From positions 76,835-140,834 of the forward strand of contig CAJWUJ010000003.1 of assembly GCA_913047625.1 (NCBI GenBank): a stretch of 64,000 nt of DNA. The letters run 5' to 3'. Shown here piece after piece: positions 45,091 through 54,536 of this stretch. The notes below the pieces were generated by a model. It saw only the letters and a list, made by a program, of their open reading frames with translations, was not told the origin of the DNA and made no database searches. The position numbers were made by a program, and so were the translations under genes. The stretch is from an uncultured Dehalococcoidia bacterium (GTDB lineage: Bacteria > Chloroflexota > Dehalococcoidia > Lucifugimonadales > CAJWUJ01). Positions within the stretch are counted from its first letter, which is position 1. Each line of letters starts with the position of its first letter.

Positions 45091-46263
45091 TTAGAGAAGC
45101 GGCAAAGAAAACTGGAAAGCAGAACCATGGCCTAAGCGACTTTCTACAGATATATGGCCACCTTGTGTTTGAACCAAATGTTTAGCGATAGCCAGTCCAA
45201 GCCCAGAACCTCTACTGTTTCTCGATGAATCTACTTTATAAAGTCTTTCAAAAATTCTGGTCACATGCTCAGAGCCAATACCAATTCCAGTATCTACGAC
45301 CGAAACATTTGCAATGTTACCAGTTACATTAGTTGTGATAGTGATAGAGCCAGTTGGTTCAGTGAATTTAATAGCATTTTCCAAGAGGTTAGCTAAGATT
45401 TGTTGAAATCTAATGGGGTCTATTTCAACAAATAAATCAGCACTTTCTTCCTCGTAGATGATTTTAAGATTTTTCGTATCTGCGTATGATTGCAGACGAT
45501 TGATGGTGGAGGCCACTAGGCTTCCCAGCGTGACTTTACGAGTTGTGACAGGAAGACTGCCCGATTCAACATTAGAAAGCATACGGAATTCTCCTATAAG
45601 CGCGGTTAGATGATCTACTTCATTTGTGATCCGATTCAGAAAGTCATGCTGTTCTGAGCGGTCGCTTATACTATCACTGGCGAGGGTTTCGGCCATAGCT
45701 TTTATAGAAGCTAGAGGCGTCCTGATTTCGTGGGAGACGTTATTAAGGAATTCTTGGCGTACAGTTTCCAAGTGTTTAAGTTCAGTTAAGTCTTCTATAG
45801 CAACCGCAATTCCGTAGATTTCATTATTATCAATTGTAATGGGTAAGCACTCCACACTTAGAACACTTGCCCCGTTAACATATTCAAGCTCCATATAGGT
45901 AGGTTTTTTGGTTAATAACGCAGACTCTGCCTGGCTATGTATTCGATGATCCCGTACAATTTCGATAAGAGTAGTTTTGAAATGCTCATGAGAAGGGACC
46001 TCAAAAAATGTGGCCGCTTGCTGACTTAAGTGGACAACTCCCAGGGATTGATCGGTTACAATGACGATTCCACGTGCAGTAGTTAGCAGTACTTTTGTAA
46101 TAGCGTGAGCAGTATTGAGCCTTTCTGTAAGTGTTTCCAATGTGGGTGTCTGTGGATCCTCAGGTGGAAATCTGCGAAAAGGAAATTTAGGGTTCTTGGC
46201 ATATATTCCGACAAGAACCACAAAGCATAAAGCGACAACAGTGAGTATTAAGTAATCCAACAT
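45091..46263 (-). CDS. Sensor histidine kinase (PhoR-like by context)
   Basis: N-terminal TM and a PAS-like region. H-box SHEIRTPL, N box LENAIKF, G boxes DTGIGI and GSGLGLAI. Adjacent to an OmpR-family regulator and near phoU and pst. Confidence 0.85.
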   Translation of the reverse strand: MLDYLILTVVALCFVVLVGIYAKNPKFPFRRFPPEDPQTPTLETLTERLNTAHAITKVLLTTARGIVIVTDQSLGVVHLSQQAATFFEVPSHEHFKTTLIEIVRDHRIHSQAESALLTKKPTYMELEYVNGASVLSVECLPITIDNNEIYGIAVAIEDLTELKHLETVRQEFLNNVSHEIRTPLASIKAMAETLASDSISDRSEQHDFLNRITNEVDHLTALIGEFRMLSNVESGSLPVTTRKVTLGSLVASTINRLQSYADTKNLKIIYEEESADLFVEIDPIRFQQILANLLENAIKFTEPTGSITITTNVTGNIANVSVVDTGIGIGSEHVTRIFERLYKVDSSRNSRGSGLGLAIAKHLVQTQGGHISVESRLGHGSAFQFSLPLL

Positions 46264-46276
46264 AGCTGATGGTGCG

Positions 46277-46975
46277 CTATCCCTTTAGTTGATAACCTAC
46301 TCCACGAACAGTTTGAATGCTGTCTGGAGAGGAAGGATTTTCCTCAATTTTTTCTCTAAGCCACCTAATGTGAACATCAATAGTTCGGGTATCGCCATAA
46401 AAATCATATCCCCAGACAGCATTCAAGATTTGATTTCGTGACAGAACTTTTCCTTTGTTCAGCATGAGGAGTGTCAAGAGCTCATACTCCTTAGGTTTTA
46501 GGGATATTGAAGTTCCTGATACTAAGACTTCATGGCTTTCGGTATTAATCGATATCCGAGCAGTAGAAAGAACTTTTACGTCTGATCTATTGCCCAGAGA
46601 AGCATTTCCCCCCCAAGTTACTCTTCTGAGTACCCCATGAATACGAGCTATTAATTCTCTCATGCTAAACGGTTTGGTAATATAATCATCCGCTCCAATC
46701 TCCAACCCCACAATCCTATCAATTTCGTTATCTTTGGCAGTTAACATCAATATCGGTACATTGCTCTCTTTGCGAATGATGCGACAAACATCTTTGCCGC
46801 TAATCATTGGAATCATCAAATCTAAGATTATTAAATCTGGTAAGAGGTCTCTGGCTTTTGCCAGCGCCTCCTCTCCGTCTTTAGCAATTGCAACTTCATA
46901 GCCTTCAGCACGAAGGGAGTACTGTAACGAATCTACTAGGTTTTGTTCGTCATCCACGACTAATATTTTTGCCAT
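46277..46975 (-). CDS. OmpR/PhoB-family response regulator (PhoB/PhoP-like by context)
   Basis: Receiver domain (KILVVDDE, ILDLMIP, LTAKD) plus a winged helix (TIDVHIRWLREKIE, VRGVGYQL). ATG 46975 gives the canonical N-terminus. The ORF-track start at 47032 adds 19 atypical residues. Confidence 0.9.
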   Translation of the reverse strand: MAKILVVDDEQNLVDSLQYSLRAEGYEVAIAKDGEEALAKARDLLPDLIILDLMIPMISGKDVCRIIRKESNVPILMLTAKDNEIDRIVGLEIGADDYITKPFSMRELIARIHGVLRRVTWGGNASLGNRSDVKVLSTARISINTESHEVLVSGTSISLKPKEYELLTLLMLNKGKVLSRNQILNAVWGYDFYGDTRTIDVHIRWLREKIEENPSSPDSIQTVRGVGYQLKG

Positions 46976-47029
46976 AATATGTCTCTGAATCAGTTTTTGA
47001 GAGTATATTAACATGATGGTGGTAGTTTC

Positions 47030-47068
47030 CATTAATGAGAGTTTAAAAAACCTCTAATAAATTGTTAA
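47030..47068 (-). promoter_or_regulatory. Candidate Pho-box array upstream of the response-regulator gene
   Basis: On the minus strand, four hexamers sit in exact 11-bp phase: TTAACA (47068-47063), TTAGAG (47057-47052), TTAAAC (47046-47041), TTAATG (47035-47030). A TAATAT -10-like element lies at 47010-47005. Confidence 0.35.
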
Positions 47069-47297
47069 ACTTTTTAAGGGAAACTAGAAGTAGACTGTGT
47101 AAGTAACATTTGCATAGAATGATTGAAAGCGATAACTTTTTGGTTGGAAACCTTTTCTAGACAGGTAAACTGGGTTTGCCACATTAGCTATTTTGGCAAT
47201 TGAAGCATGAGTGTTACAATTGGTTTCTCAAATATCATGTGACATTTTGGGTTTAGCAAACCGAGTGAATAGGAAACTATAACTTAGTAGGTGCATT

Positions 47298-47966
47298 ATG
47301 TCTCCAACAAATTTAGAGCGTAACCTTAAATCGTTAACGGATGGTTTACTTGTAATGGCTAGTATGGTGGAGCAGTCAATTCATTCAGCAGTTGAAGCTC
47401 TCAAAACTCGAAATATGGAACTAGCCGAGAAGGTCATAAAGGACGACGACTACATCGATCATAAATGTGTTGAACTAGAAGAAGCCTGTATTGAAATAAT
47501 AGCCACTCAGCAACCAATGGCAGTTGATTTGCGCGTTTTGGTGTCAGTGCTAACAATTATCGTTGAATTAGAGCGGATGGGTGACTATGCAGAGGGAATT
47601 GCAAAAATCAATATTAGGATGGGAGATGATAGTCTTCTGAAGCCCTTAGTGGATATCCCTAGAATGGCAGATAAGTCTACGGATATGTTAAGAAGGAGTA
47701 TTAGTGCATTCTTGAGTAGAGATGCGGATGCAGCGCGTCAAATCATTAAAGATGATGACGAAGTTGATAGCTTATACGATCAGGTGTTTCGTGAACTATT
47801 AACCTTCATGATCGAGGATCCTCGATCAATCCAAAAAGCTACATACCTAATTTGGGCGGCCCATGACTTAGAACGAATTGCTGATAGGGCCACGAATATT
47901 GCAGAAAGAGTGGTTTTTACTGTGACAGGAAAAAAAGAAGATGTAGGGGCGTCGCATTATTCCTGA
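47298..47966 (+). CDS. phoU: Phosphate signalling complex protein PhoU
   Basis: Two PhoU repeats (ELERMGDYAEGIA and DLERIADRATNIAE). 222 aa. Confidence 0.9.
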   Translation: MSPTNLERNLKSLTDGLLVMASMVEQSIHSAVEALKTRNMELAEKVIKDDDYIDHKCVELEEACIEIIATQQPMAVDLRVLVSVLTIIVELERMGDYAEGIAKINIRMGDDSLLKPLVDIPRMADKSTDMLRRSISAFLSRDADAARQIIKDDDEVDSLYDQVFRELLTFMIEDPRSIQKATYLIWAAHDLERIADRATNIAERVVFTVTGKKEDVGASHYS

Positions 47967-48106
47967 TTCCAACTAGCAGATCTTTTGGGTTTTATTGGCC
48001 CAACTGTCTTGGCATGGAGCTACTGTCGGCACCTAGCAGATTCTGATATTGTTAGATCACTTCCTGTGCATACTTGGTGTCAGCCAATTTCTTGTGAAAC
48101 TAATAT

Positions 48107-49345
48107 ATGGGCTACTCAAATGACAAAGAGCTAATTGAATGCAGTTCGTCCCAGCCGTCTTTTAGATGGGCAATGCTAGCTTTGATGTCCCTCCTGTATG
48201 GGTGTTTTGGCTTGGCAGTTACTTCCATAGCTCCTTTGGTAGACACAATTTCGAAAGAGCTTTCCATTAACTCTAGTCAGATGGGCACCATCCTAGGAGC
48301 ATGGCAGTTAGTTTATATAGGATTGGCATACCAGAGTGGTAGTTTACTGGATCGGTTTGGCGTTAAGAGATCAATTGCTGCAGGAGCACTAGCAATAGCA
48401 GTGTCATTATTTGTTAGAGCAGCAGCTGTGGATTTTATTACATTACTTTTAGCTGTCATTATTTTTGGGTTGGGCGGATCCATGATTTCGGTGGGCTCTC
48501 CCAAAGTCGCTAGCATGTGGTTTAGCGGACGACAACGAGGAATGGCAACAAGTGTGTCCTTTGCAGGAAGCATACTCGGATCAATCATCGGGATGGCACT
48601 TACAAGTGCAGTAGTAGTTCCGTTGCTGGGGAATTGGCGTTTGGCTTTTTTGTTTTACGGCGCGCTTACTGTCGTTGCAACGATTGTTTGGCTATTATTG
48701 GCAAGAAATCAGGTTCCTGGGACGGACGACGTTAGGGTTCAAGACCAAGAGCGAGCTGGAAATTTGAAAGGGATAATAGCAATCGATAACGTCAAGTTGA
48801 TAGTGGTGCTTGGATTTTCAGTATTTCTACTTAATCATGGGCTTCGGAATTGGCTTCCAGTCTTACTAATAGAGAAAGGTGTAAGTGAGGCCAATGCCGG
48901 GTTTATGGCAGCTATACCCATGGTGATTGGGATGATTACTATGCTTGTGATTCCCTCCGTTGTTAAATCAGGCTACCGAAAGCCTACAGTTATAATCTTA
49001 CTTATAATTGCTGGAGTAACTGTTATACCATTGGCATTAGGACAAGGAGCTGTAGTATTAGTCTTTTTGGTGATATCAGGTGCAGTACGACAGCCTTTAA
49101 ATTCCCTGCTTTTGCTTTTGCTAATGGATACGAAAGGGATTGGTTCCGCACGAATTGGTGCCGCAGGAGGCTTGTTCTTTGCTATTTCTGAAATCGGAGG
49201 ATTTGGAGGTCCTTTTATTGTGGGAGTATTGAGAGATATAACGGGCGATGCCCAATTAGGTATCATAGTAATTGGATTAGTAATGTTGGTTCTGGCACCC
49301 CTAACTTTTAAGGTTACGGACTATAAAATAAGAGACAATGTTTAG
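48107..49345 (+). CDS. MFS transporter
   Basis: 412 aa, about 12 TM segments, with an MFS-like loop motif (LLDRFGVKR). Confidence 0.8.
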   Translation: MGYSNDKELIECSSSQPSFRWAMLALMSLLYGCFGLAVTSIAPLVDTISKELSINSSQMGTILGAWQLVYIGLAYQSGSLLDRFGVKRSIAAGALAIAVSLFVRAAAVDFITLLLAVIIFGLGGSMISVGSPKVASMWFSGRQRGMATSVSFAGSILGSIIGMALTSAVVVPLLGNWRLAFLFYGALTVVATIVWLLLARNQVPGTDDVRVQDQERAGNLKGIIAIDNVKLIVVLGFSVFLLNHGLRNWLPVLLIEKGVSEANAGFMAAIPMVIGMITMLVIPSVVKSGYRKPTVIILLIIAGVTVIPLALGQGAVVLVFLVISGAVRQPLNSLLLLLLMDTKGIGSARIGAAGGLFFAISEIGGFGGPFIVGVLRDITGDAQLGIIVIGLVMLVLAPLTFKVTDYKIRDNV

Positions 49346-49443
49346 CCTTGCATATCACCGTACTATAGCCACAGTGTTTTCAGGTGGTGAGAAGCAGTTA
49401 CCAGTGATATGCTTAGCCTATCAAAAAGAACGAAGGTGATGAT

Positions 49444-50169
49444 ATGAATCAACCAAGCGCCTTATTGTTGGTCAAGACGAATTCCCCTAGCGGCACTAGT
49501 GATGAATGGAGTCATTGGTTTGACGATGTTCACTCCAAAGAATGGATCTCGTGTCCTGGAATAAAAACTATCCGCCGCTTTGAATTAACCCCAGGAATGC
49601 CAGAGGGCTGGGATGTGCCTGCCCCCAGACATTTAATCGTCTATGAACTAACTGGGCTGGACGTTCTAGCGAGCAACGAATACAAAACATTAGCTGAGAA
49701 AGTGCCACTATGCCCACCAGAAATGGATAAGCTCACATCAACTGACACGCTTAATCTCACTGGTGGTGTATTCCAGCAAATCATTCCAGAGAACCAAGAG
49801 TATGAAATTCCTGCTGAGGCTTCCTATCTTCTTGCCGTTGGGCATGCAGGAATACCCGACGAAGTCGAGGAAGAATATCATGCTTGGTATAACACGGAGC
49901 ACATTCCTGCGTATCTTGAAATCCCTGGATTTCTTAGCGCCCGACGTTTTCAAAGGACCGACCAGCATACCCCTGTCTCAGGACTCAGTGTTACTGGAGC
50001 TGATTATGTTGCTTTGTATGATCTTTCCAATAATCAAGTTTTTGGATCTCCTGAATTTAAGGTTCGGGGAGTTACTCCATGGAGTACAAGAATCAGAAGC
50101 TATACGTGGCAGCGTCGGAAGATGAACAATCTTTATAAATCTGTGCTGACTAAAAATACAAAAACCTAG
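49444..50169 (+). CDS. Hypothetical protein with an internal duplication of a ~100-aa alpha+beta-barrel-like (EthD/ABM-like) module
   Basis: The N-half DEWSHWFDDVHSKEWISCPGIKTIRRFEL and the C-half EEEYHAWYNTEHIPAYLEIPGFLSARRFQR share a repeated pattern. Family assignment is tentative. Confidence 0.4.
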   Translation: MNQPSALLLVKTNSPSGTSDEWSHWFDDVHSKEWISCPGIKTIRRFELTPGMPEGWDVPAPRHLIVYELTGLDVLASNEYKTLAEKVPLCPPEMDKLTSTDTLNLTGGVFQQIIPENQEYEIPAEASYLLAVGHAGIPDEVEEEYHAWYNTEHIPAYLEIPGFLSARRFQRTDQHTPVSGLSVTGADYVALYDLSNNQVFGSPEFKVRGVTPWSTRIRSYTWQRRKMNNLYKSVLTKNTKT

Positions 50170-50177
50170 GAAGAATT

Positions 50178-51749
50178 ATGTTGAACTTAATTATTAAGAA
50201 CGGCCTTATAGTTGACGGTACGGGGAATGCTGGTTTCTACGGAGCTGTCCTTGTAGATGGAGACACTATAACAATTCAGCGAGGGGACATTTCCCATTTG
50301 GAAGCTGAGAGAATTATTGATGCATCCAACCATGTCGTGTGCCCAGGTTTCGTTGATCTTCATTCGCACGCTGGTTTGACCATCCTAGGCAGTCCTCATC
50401 ATGATCCGAAGATTCGTCAAGGAGTTACAACAGAACTGATAGGCATTGACGGTATTTCTCATGCCCCGTTTAAAAACCAGAAAGAACTAGAACGATATAT
50501 TTGGTTGGATTCTGGACTAAACTGGTATCCTCCGATGCCTCCTGATTGGTTATCAGTTGCCGAATTATTGAACAAGTATGACGATAAAGTTGCCATTAAC
50601 ATCGCCTATATTTTAGGCAATGGACCTGTTAGAGTTTGGAGTGTTGGCTGGGGCTCAGGTGCCGCGAATGCCAGGGAAATGGATGACATGAAAGCCGTCG
50701 TTCGAGAAGCAATGGAAGAAGGTGCCTGGGGGCTGTCTAGCGGACTTGATTATCCTCCCAGTAGTTACTCTGATACTAATGAACTTATCGCGCTTTGCGA
50801 TGTAGCTGCGAAGATGGGAGGATTTTACCATACCCATACACGGGCAAGTTTATTAACAAAGGCACATACCGCTCCTTGGGATGAAGCCCTGGAAATCGGA
50901 CGTCAAAGTGGATGCCCGGTGCATCTTACTCACTACCGGCAGGGTTCTCAGGGGATGGGTAGCCATCTAGATTATCTAGGGATAGTTGAAAACGGCAGAA
51001 AAGAAGGCATGGATGTCACTTTTGATTGCTATACGTATCCTTATTCAGGAACTACCATCACCATTGGACTGCCGCATTGGGCTAAAGATGGGGGCCCCGA
51101 AAGACTTATTAAGGCACTCACGGATCCGAAAGACAGGGAACGGATGAAGAAAGAGTTGTCCTCCACTATGGTTGAGAATCAGTGGCTTACCAATTTTACG
51201 ATGCCACAGAACAAGATATATGACGGCAGACTACTCACTGCCATTGCGGAAATGCGAGGGCAAGAACCATTGGATGCACTGTTTGATCTTCTTGTGGAGG
51301 AAAACTTAGGTATTTCCACGGTTTCTTTAGGCACTAATGCTCATACTCTAGCTGCCTTTGTGTCTCATCCTTATGGCATGATAGCCAGTGACGCCATACT
51401 ATTTGGCGATCACCCTAACCCTAGAACATATGGATGTTTTCCTTTAGTGCTAGCAGAATTCGTACGAGCAGAAGAACAACTAAGCTTGGAAGAGGCTATT
51501 CGTAAAATGACATCTTTTCCTGCTCAAAGACTAGGATTACCAGACAGAGGTATACTTCGGGATGGTTTTAAGGCGGATATTGTTGTGTTTAATCCCAATA
51601 CTGTTAAGGCCCTAGCTACAAAAGACAAGCCACATCAGTATCCGGAAGGTATACCCTATGTGATTGTGAATGGCGTGGTTGTGATTGACCAAGGCAGCAA
51701 TACTGGTGCTCTACCTGGAAAATCCTTGCGCAAAGGTAAGGTCTCCTAA
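50178..51749 (+). CDS. N-acyl-D-amino-acid deacylase (D-aminoacylase) family amidohydrolase
   Basis: IKNGLIVDGTG...VVCPGFVDLHSH metal-binding N-terminus and the characteristic C-terminal GFKADIVVFNP...V..V.VNG pattern. 523 aa. Confidence 0.8.
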   Translation: MLNLIIKNGLIVDGTGNAGFYGAVLVDGDTITIQRGDISHLEAERIIDASNHVVCPGFVDLHSHAGLTILGSPHHDPKIRQGVTTELIGIDGISHAPFKNQKELERYIWLDSGLNWYPPMPPDWLSVAELLNKYDDKVAINIAYILGNGPVRVWSVGWGSGAANAREMDDMKAVVREAMEEGAWGLSSGLDYPPSSYSDTNELIALCDVAAKMGGFYHTHTRASLLTKAHTAPWDEALEIGRQSGCPVHLTHYRQGSQGMGSHLDYLGIVENGRKEGMDVTFDCYTYPYSGTTITIGLPHWAKDGGPERLIKALTDPKDRERMKKELSSTMVENQWLTNFTMPQNKIYDGRLLTAIAEMRGQEPLDALFDLLVEENLGISTVSLGTNAHTLAAFVSHPYGMIASDAILFGDHPNPRTYGCFPLVLAEFVRAEEQLSLEEAIRKMTSFPAQRLGLPDRGILRDGFKADIVVFNPNTVKALATKDKPHQYPEGIPYVIVNGVVVIDQGSNTGALPGKSLRKGKVS

Positions 51750-51792
51750 CAAAAACTACAAAGGAAGACGAATTAAATTCTGGAGGATTGCT

Positions 51793-52692
51793 ATGATTAT
51801 AGATATGCATCGTCACTTATGGTCACTTTTTGAAAGATATCCTAGGGCAGCTGAAATAGCTCGTCGGGGAGGAGCAAAGGAGGCCTTAGTGGAAGATCTA
51901 CCGGTTGTTCCAGACTGGGAACAGACGGGAAGAGATCTCATCAAGGAAATGGACGAGTCAGGGATCGATATCTCTGTTATTTTTATGGCTGATTATGCAT
52001 TAAGACTGGGTGATGGTATTTTTACTGCAGAGGGCGAAAACCGAATTCACGTGGAATTGATGAAACGGTATCCCGATAGGATTATTGCTTATTTTGGTAT
52101 TGATCCCAGACGAAAAGGAGCGGCAGATTCTTTTGAAACTGCTGTAACTGAGTGGGGGGTTAGAGGATTGAAAATGCATCCAACGGTGGGTTACTTTCCC
52201 CATGATCGAGCTGCTTATCCTCTGTATGAAATCTGTCAGAGTAAAGGCTTACCCGTAACTTTTCATACAGGTCCTATGCCTTCCCCGCTGTTTAGTCGTT
52301 ATACTCAGCCACTGCATTTTGATGAGGTGGCTGCTGATTTTCCTGACATGACTATTGTAATGGCCCATGCTGGACAAGAATTATGGCCTGAAGCCTTGAA
52401 TGTGGCAAGGATGAAACCAAATATCATACTTGAGTTATCCATGTGGCAACCTAAATTTAAGTTCTTGAGTGAATTCCTGTTCGCAATAGATAGGATGCGC
52501 GATACGATAGGGATAGAGAGAATTACATGGGGATCGGACTTCCCGGGATTGAGGAACGTAATGCCCATGAAAAAATGGGTTGACATCTTCAAGCAATTGC
52601 CTTCTTTGGGAGAAGAGCACGGATTCAAATTTGACGATCTAGACGTCCAAGCACTCATGGGAGGAAATGCGGCACGAATCTTAAACCTGTGA
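51793..52692 (+). CDS. Amidohydrolase_2 family (TIM-barrel metal-dependent hydrolase/decarboxylase)
   Basis: IIDMHRHLW metal motif, MAHAG and WGSDFPG. ATG 51793 (GGAGGA upstream) is preferred over the ORF-track start 51685, which overlaps the previous gene. Confidence 0.75.
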   Translation: MIIDMHRHLWSLFERYPRAAEIARRGGAKEALVEDLPVVPDWEQTGRDLIKEMDESGIDISVIFMADYALRLGDGIFTAEGENRIHVELMKRYPDRIIAYFGIDPRRKGAADSFETAVTEWGVRGLKMHPTVGYFPHDRAAYPLYEICQSKGLPVTFHTGPMPSPLFSRYTQPLHFDEVAADFPDMTIVMAHAGQELWPEALNVARMKPNIILELSMWQPKFKFLSEFLFAIDRMRDTIGIERITWGSDFPGLRNVMPMKKWVDIFKQLPSLGEEHGFKFDDLDVQALMGGNAARILNL

Positions 52693-53600
52693 ATATTAAA
52701 GACTACCTTACTAGGGAAAATTATGGTTTTTTATTGGGATTCATCGGTGTTGTAATTTTCTCTCTTACATTGCCAATTACCCGGCATCTCACTCAAGTTG
52801 GGTTTACATCGCTTGAAATAGGCTTTGGTAGGGGTTTTTTGGCAGGAACAGCATCCATTTTCATTCTTCTTTTTAAAGGCCAGTTTCGGTCTGGGAATCT
52901 ACCAAACACTTCAGACATAAGTAAATTTATGATCACAGCGGTAGGTGTGGTTTTTGCGTTTCCAATATTAACTGCAGTCGCTATGCAGACCATCCCAGCC
53001 GGAAATGGAGGAATTGTTGTTGCAGCCGTTCCTCTTGCAACTGCAATTTTTGCCGGTTTACTTTCTGAAGAAAATCCCAGTATAAGATTCTGGGTAATAG
53101 CAGTTGCTGGATTTATTACAGTTATAGTTTTCAGGTTGTTAGCGAATGACTTATCAGTCGCTAATGTGGGGTTGGGAGATTTTGCACTATTCGGTGCGGT
53201 GATACTTGGAGGTCTTGGCTATGCTCAAGGGGGTATACTTGGGAAGCGAATAAGCGGGTGGAAAGTGATTTGCTGGGCTTTGGTAATAAGCTTTCCTTTG
53301 GTTGCTCCCCTGACTCTTCTTAGTTTCGATTTCACTCATCTATTTCAGGTAGCCCATCATGCATTCTTGTCCATCTTGCTTTTTGCGTTTCTTTGCTTGT
53401 TCAATAATCTAATAGGAATATTTTTCTTTTTTGAAGGTCTCGGTATGGGGGGCGTAGCTAGGGTTAGCCAAATAGATTTGTTCAGGCCATTTTTGACCTT
53501 CTTTTTCTCAGTCGTTTTTCTTGGGGAACAGATGGAGGTTATATCCGTCTTTTTCTTATTTCTGATTATTGCTGTGGTGTATTTGAGTAAAAAAGCATAA
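52689..53600 (+). CDS. EamA/DMT-family transporter
   Basis: About 10 TM segments in two repeats. The GTG start overlaps the upstream stop (GTGA). Confidence 0.75.
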   Translation: MNIKDYLTRENYGFLLGFIGVVIFSLTLPITRHLTQVGFTSLEIGFGRGFLAGTASIFILLFKGQFRSGNLPNTSDISKFMITAVGVVFAFPILTAVAMQTIPAGNGGIVVAAVPLATAIFAGLLSEENPSIRFWVIAVAGFITVIVFRLLANDLSVANVGLGDFALFGAVILGGLGYAQGGILGKRISGWKVICWALVISFPLVAPLTLLSFDFTHLFQVAHHAFLSILLFAFLCLFNNLIGIFFFFEGLGMGGVARVSQIDLFRPFLTFFFSVVFLGEQMEVISVFFLFLIIAVVYLSKKA

Positions 53601-53656
53601 CGTACAATATTCACGGAACGTAAGATACTTTGGATCGATGCAGTGGTTACTGAAAA

Positions 53657-54469
53657 TTAGAATCTTGATCCGTCCATATATATCAGTTGTCCGGATATGT
53701 ATTGGTTCTTATCTGAAACAAGAAAGACACAAGCCTCTCCCATATCCTCGGTGGTCAAAAGTTTTCCAAAGGGAAGCCCGCCATATAATGTTTTTATGTC
53801 CTCACCTTTCCTTGAGGCCACTTCAAGGCCCATCTCGGTTGCTACCATTGTTGGAGCAAGTACATTGACACGTATTTGACCACTGGTTGCTGATCGCTCT
53901 GAATGATTACTGATGTGGGCATCCATAACGTTATTACGCTGCTCTTCTTTAGATAGGCACCTAGCTAATCCTTCTATTGCCATTTTTGAGGCTACATAAG
54001 GTGCCGCTCCAGCGTTGGCATGCTTAGTAGCAGTAGAGGAAATAAATACGATATCTCCACGAGCCTCTCGTCTTAAATAAGGGATAGCTTCCATGGAACA
54101 GTAGTAAGCTCCTAGGAAATTGGTTTCCATGAGTTCTTTTACTTTTGTCGGATCAGAATCAGCGACAAAAACACCCATAGACCAGACAGTTGCGGCATTA
54201 TTTATAAGGATGTCTAATTTACCGAATTCATCATAGGTTTTCTTTATTAATTGTTTTGCTTGAAGAGGATCAGCTATATTGGCTTGAATAGGTACGGATT
54301 TACGACCAAGAGAGCGAATTTCTAGGGAAACCTCCTCTGCAGCAGCTTTTTGGGTATTGAAGTTAACTGCAACGTCTGCACCTGCTCTGGCTAACTGAAG
54401 GGCGATACCTTTTCCTATTCCTCTGGATGCTCCGGTAACTAAGGCTGTTCTACCTGTTAATGATTTCAT
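53657..54469 (-). CDS. Short-chain dehydrogenase/reductase
   Basis: TGASRGIGKG, NNAA and YVASK motifs. ATG 54469 (MKSLTGRTALVTG) is preferred over the longer ORF-track start at 54556. Confidence 0.85.
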   Translation of the reverse strand: MKSLTGRTALVTGASRGIGKGIALQLARAGADVAVNFNTQKAAAEEVSLEIRSLGRKSVPIQANIADPLQAKQLIKKTYDEFGKLDILINNAATVWSMGVFVADSDPTKVKELMETNFLGAYYCSMEAIPYLRREARGDIVFISSTATKHANAGAAPYVASKMAIEGLARCLSKEEQRNNVMDAHISNHSERSATSGQIRVNVLAPTMVATEMGLEVASRKGEDIKTLYGGLPFGKLLTTEDMGEACVFLVSDKNQYISGQLIYMDGSRF

Positions 54470-54536
54470 GGATATACCCTCATCATGTATAGCATCTGGT
54501 TTTGTAAGAATATAGCTGTTCACCCGTGTGGTAGCT

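Noticed and set aside
46976-47032. Longer response-regulator ORF starting at ATG 47032
   Set aside because: It adds 19 residues ahead of the canonical MAKILVVDDE receiver start. Its ATG lies inside the phased repeat array, which is better explained as promoter DNA.
47100-47297. Pho-box-like repeats upstream of phoU
   Set aside because: TTACAA, TTCTCA and TGACA-like hexamers are present but not in a consistent 11-bp phase. They do not match the TTAAnn arrays at pstS and the regulator gene.
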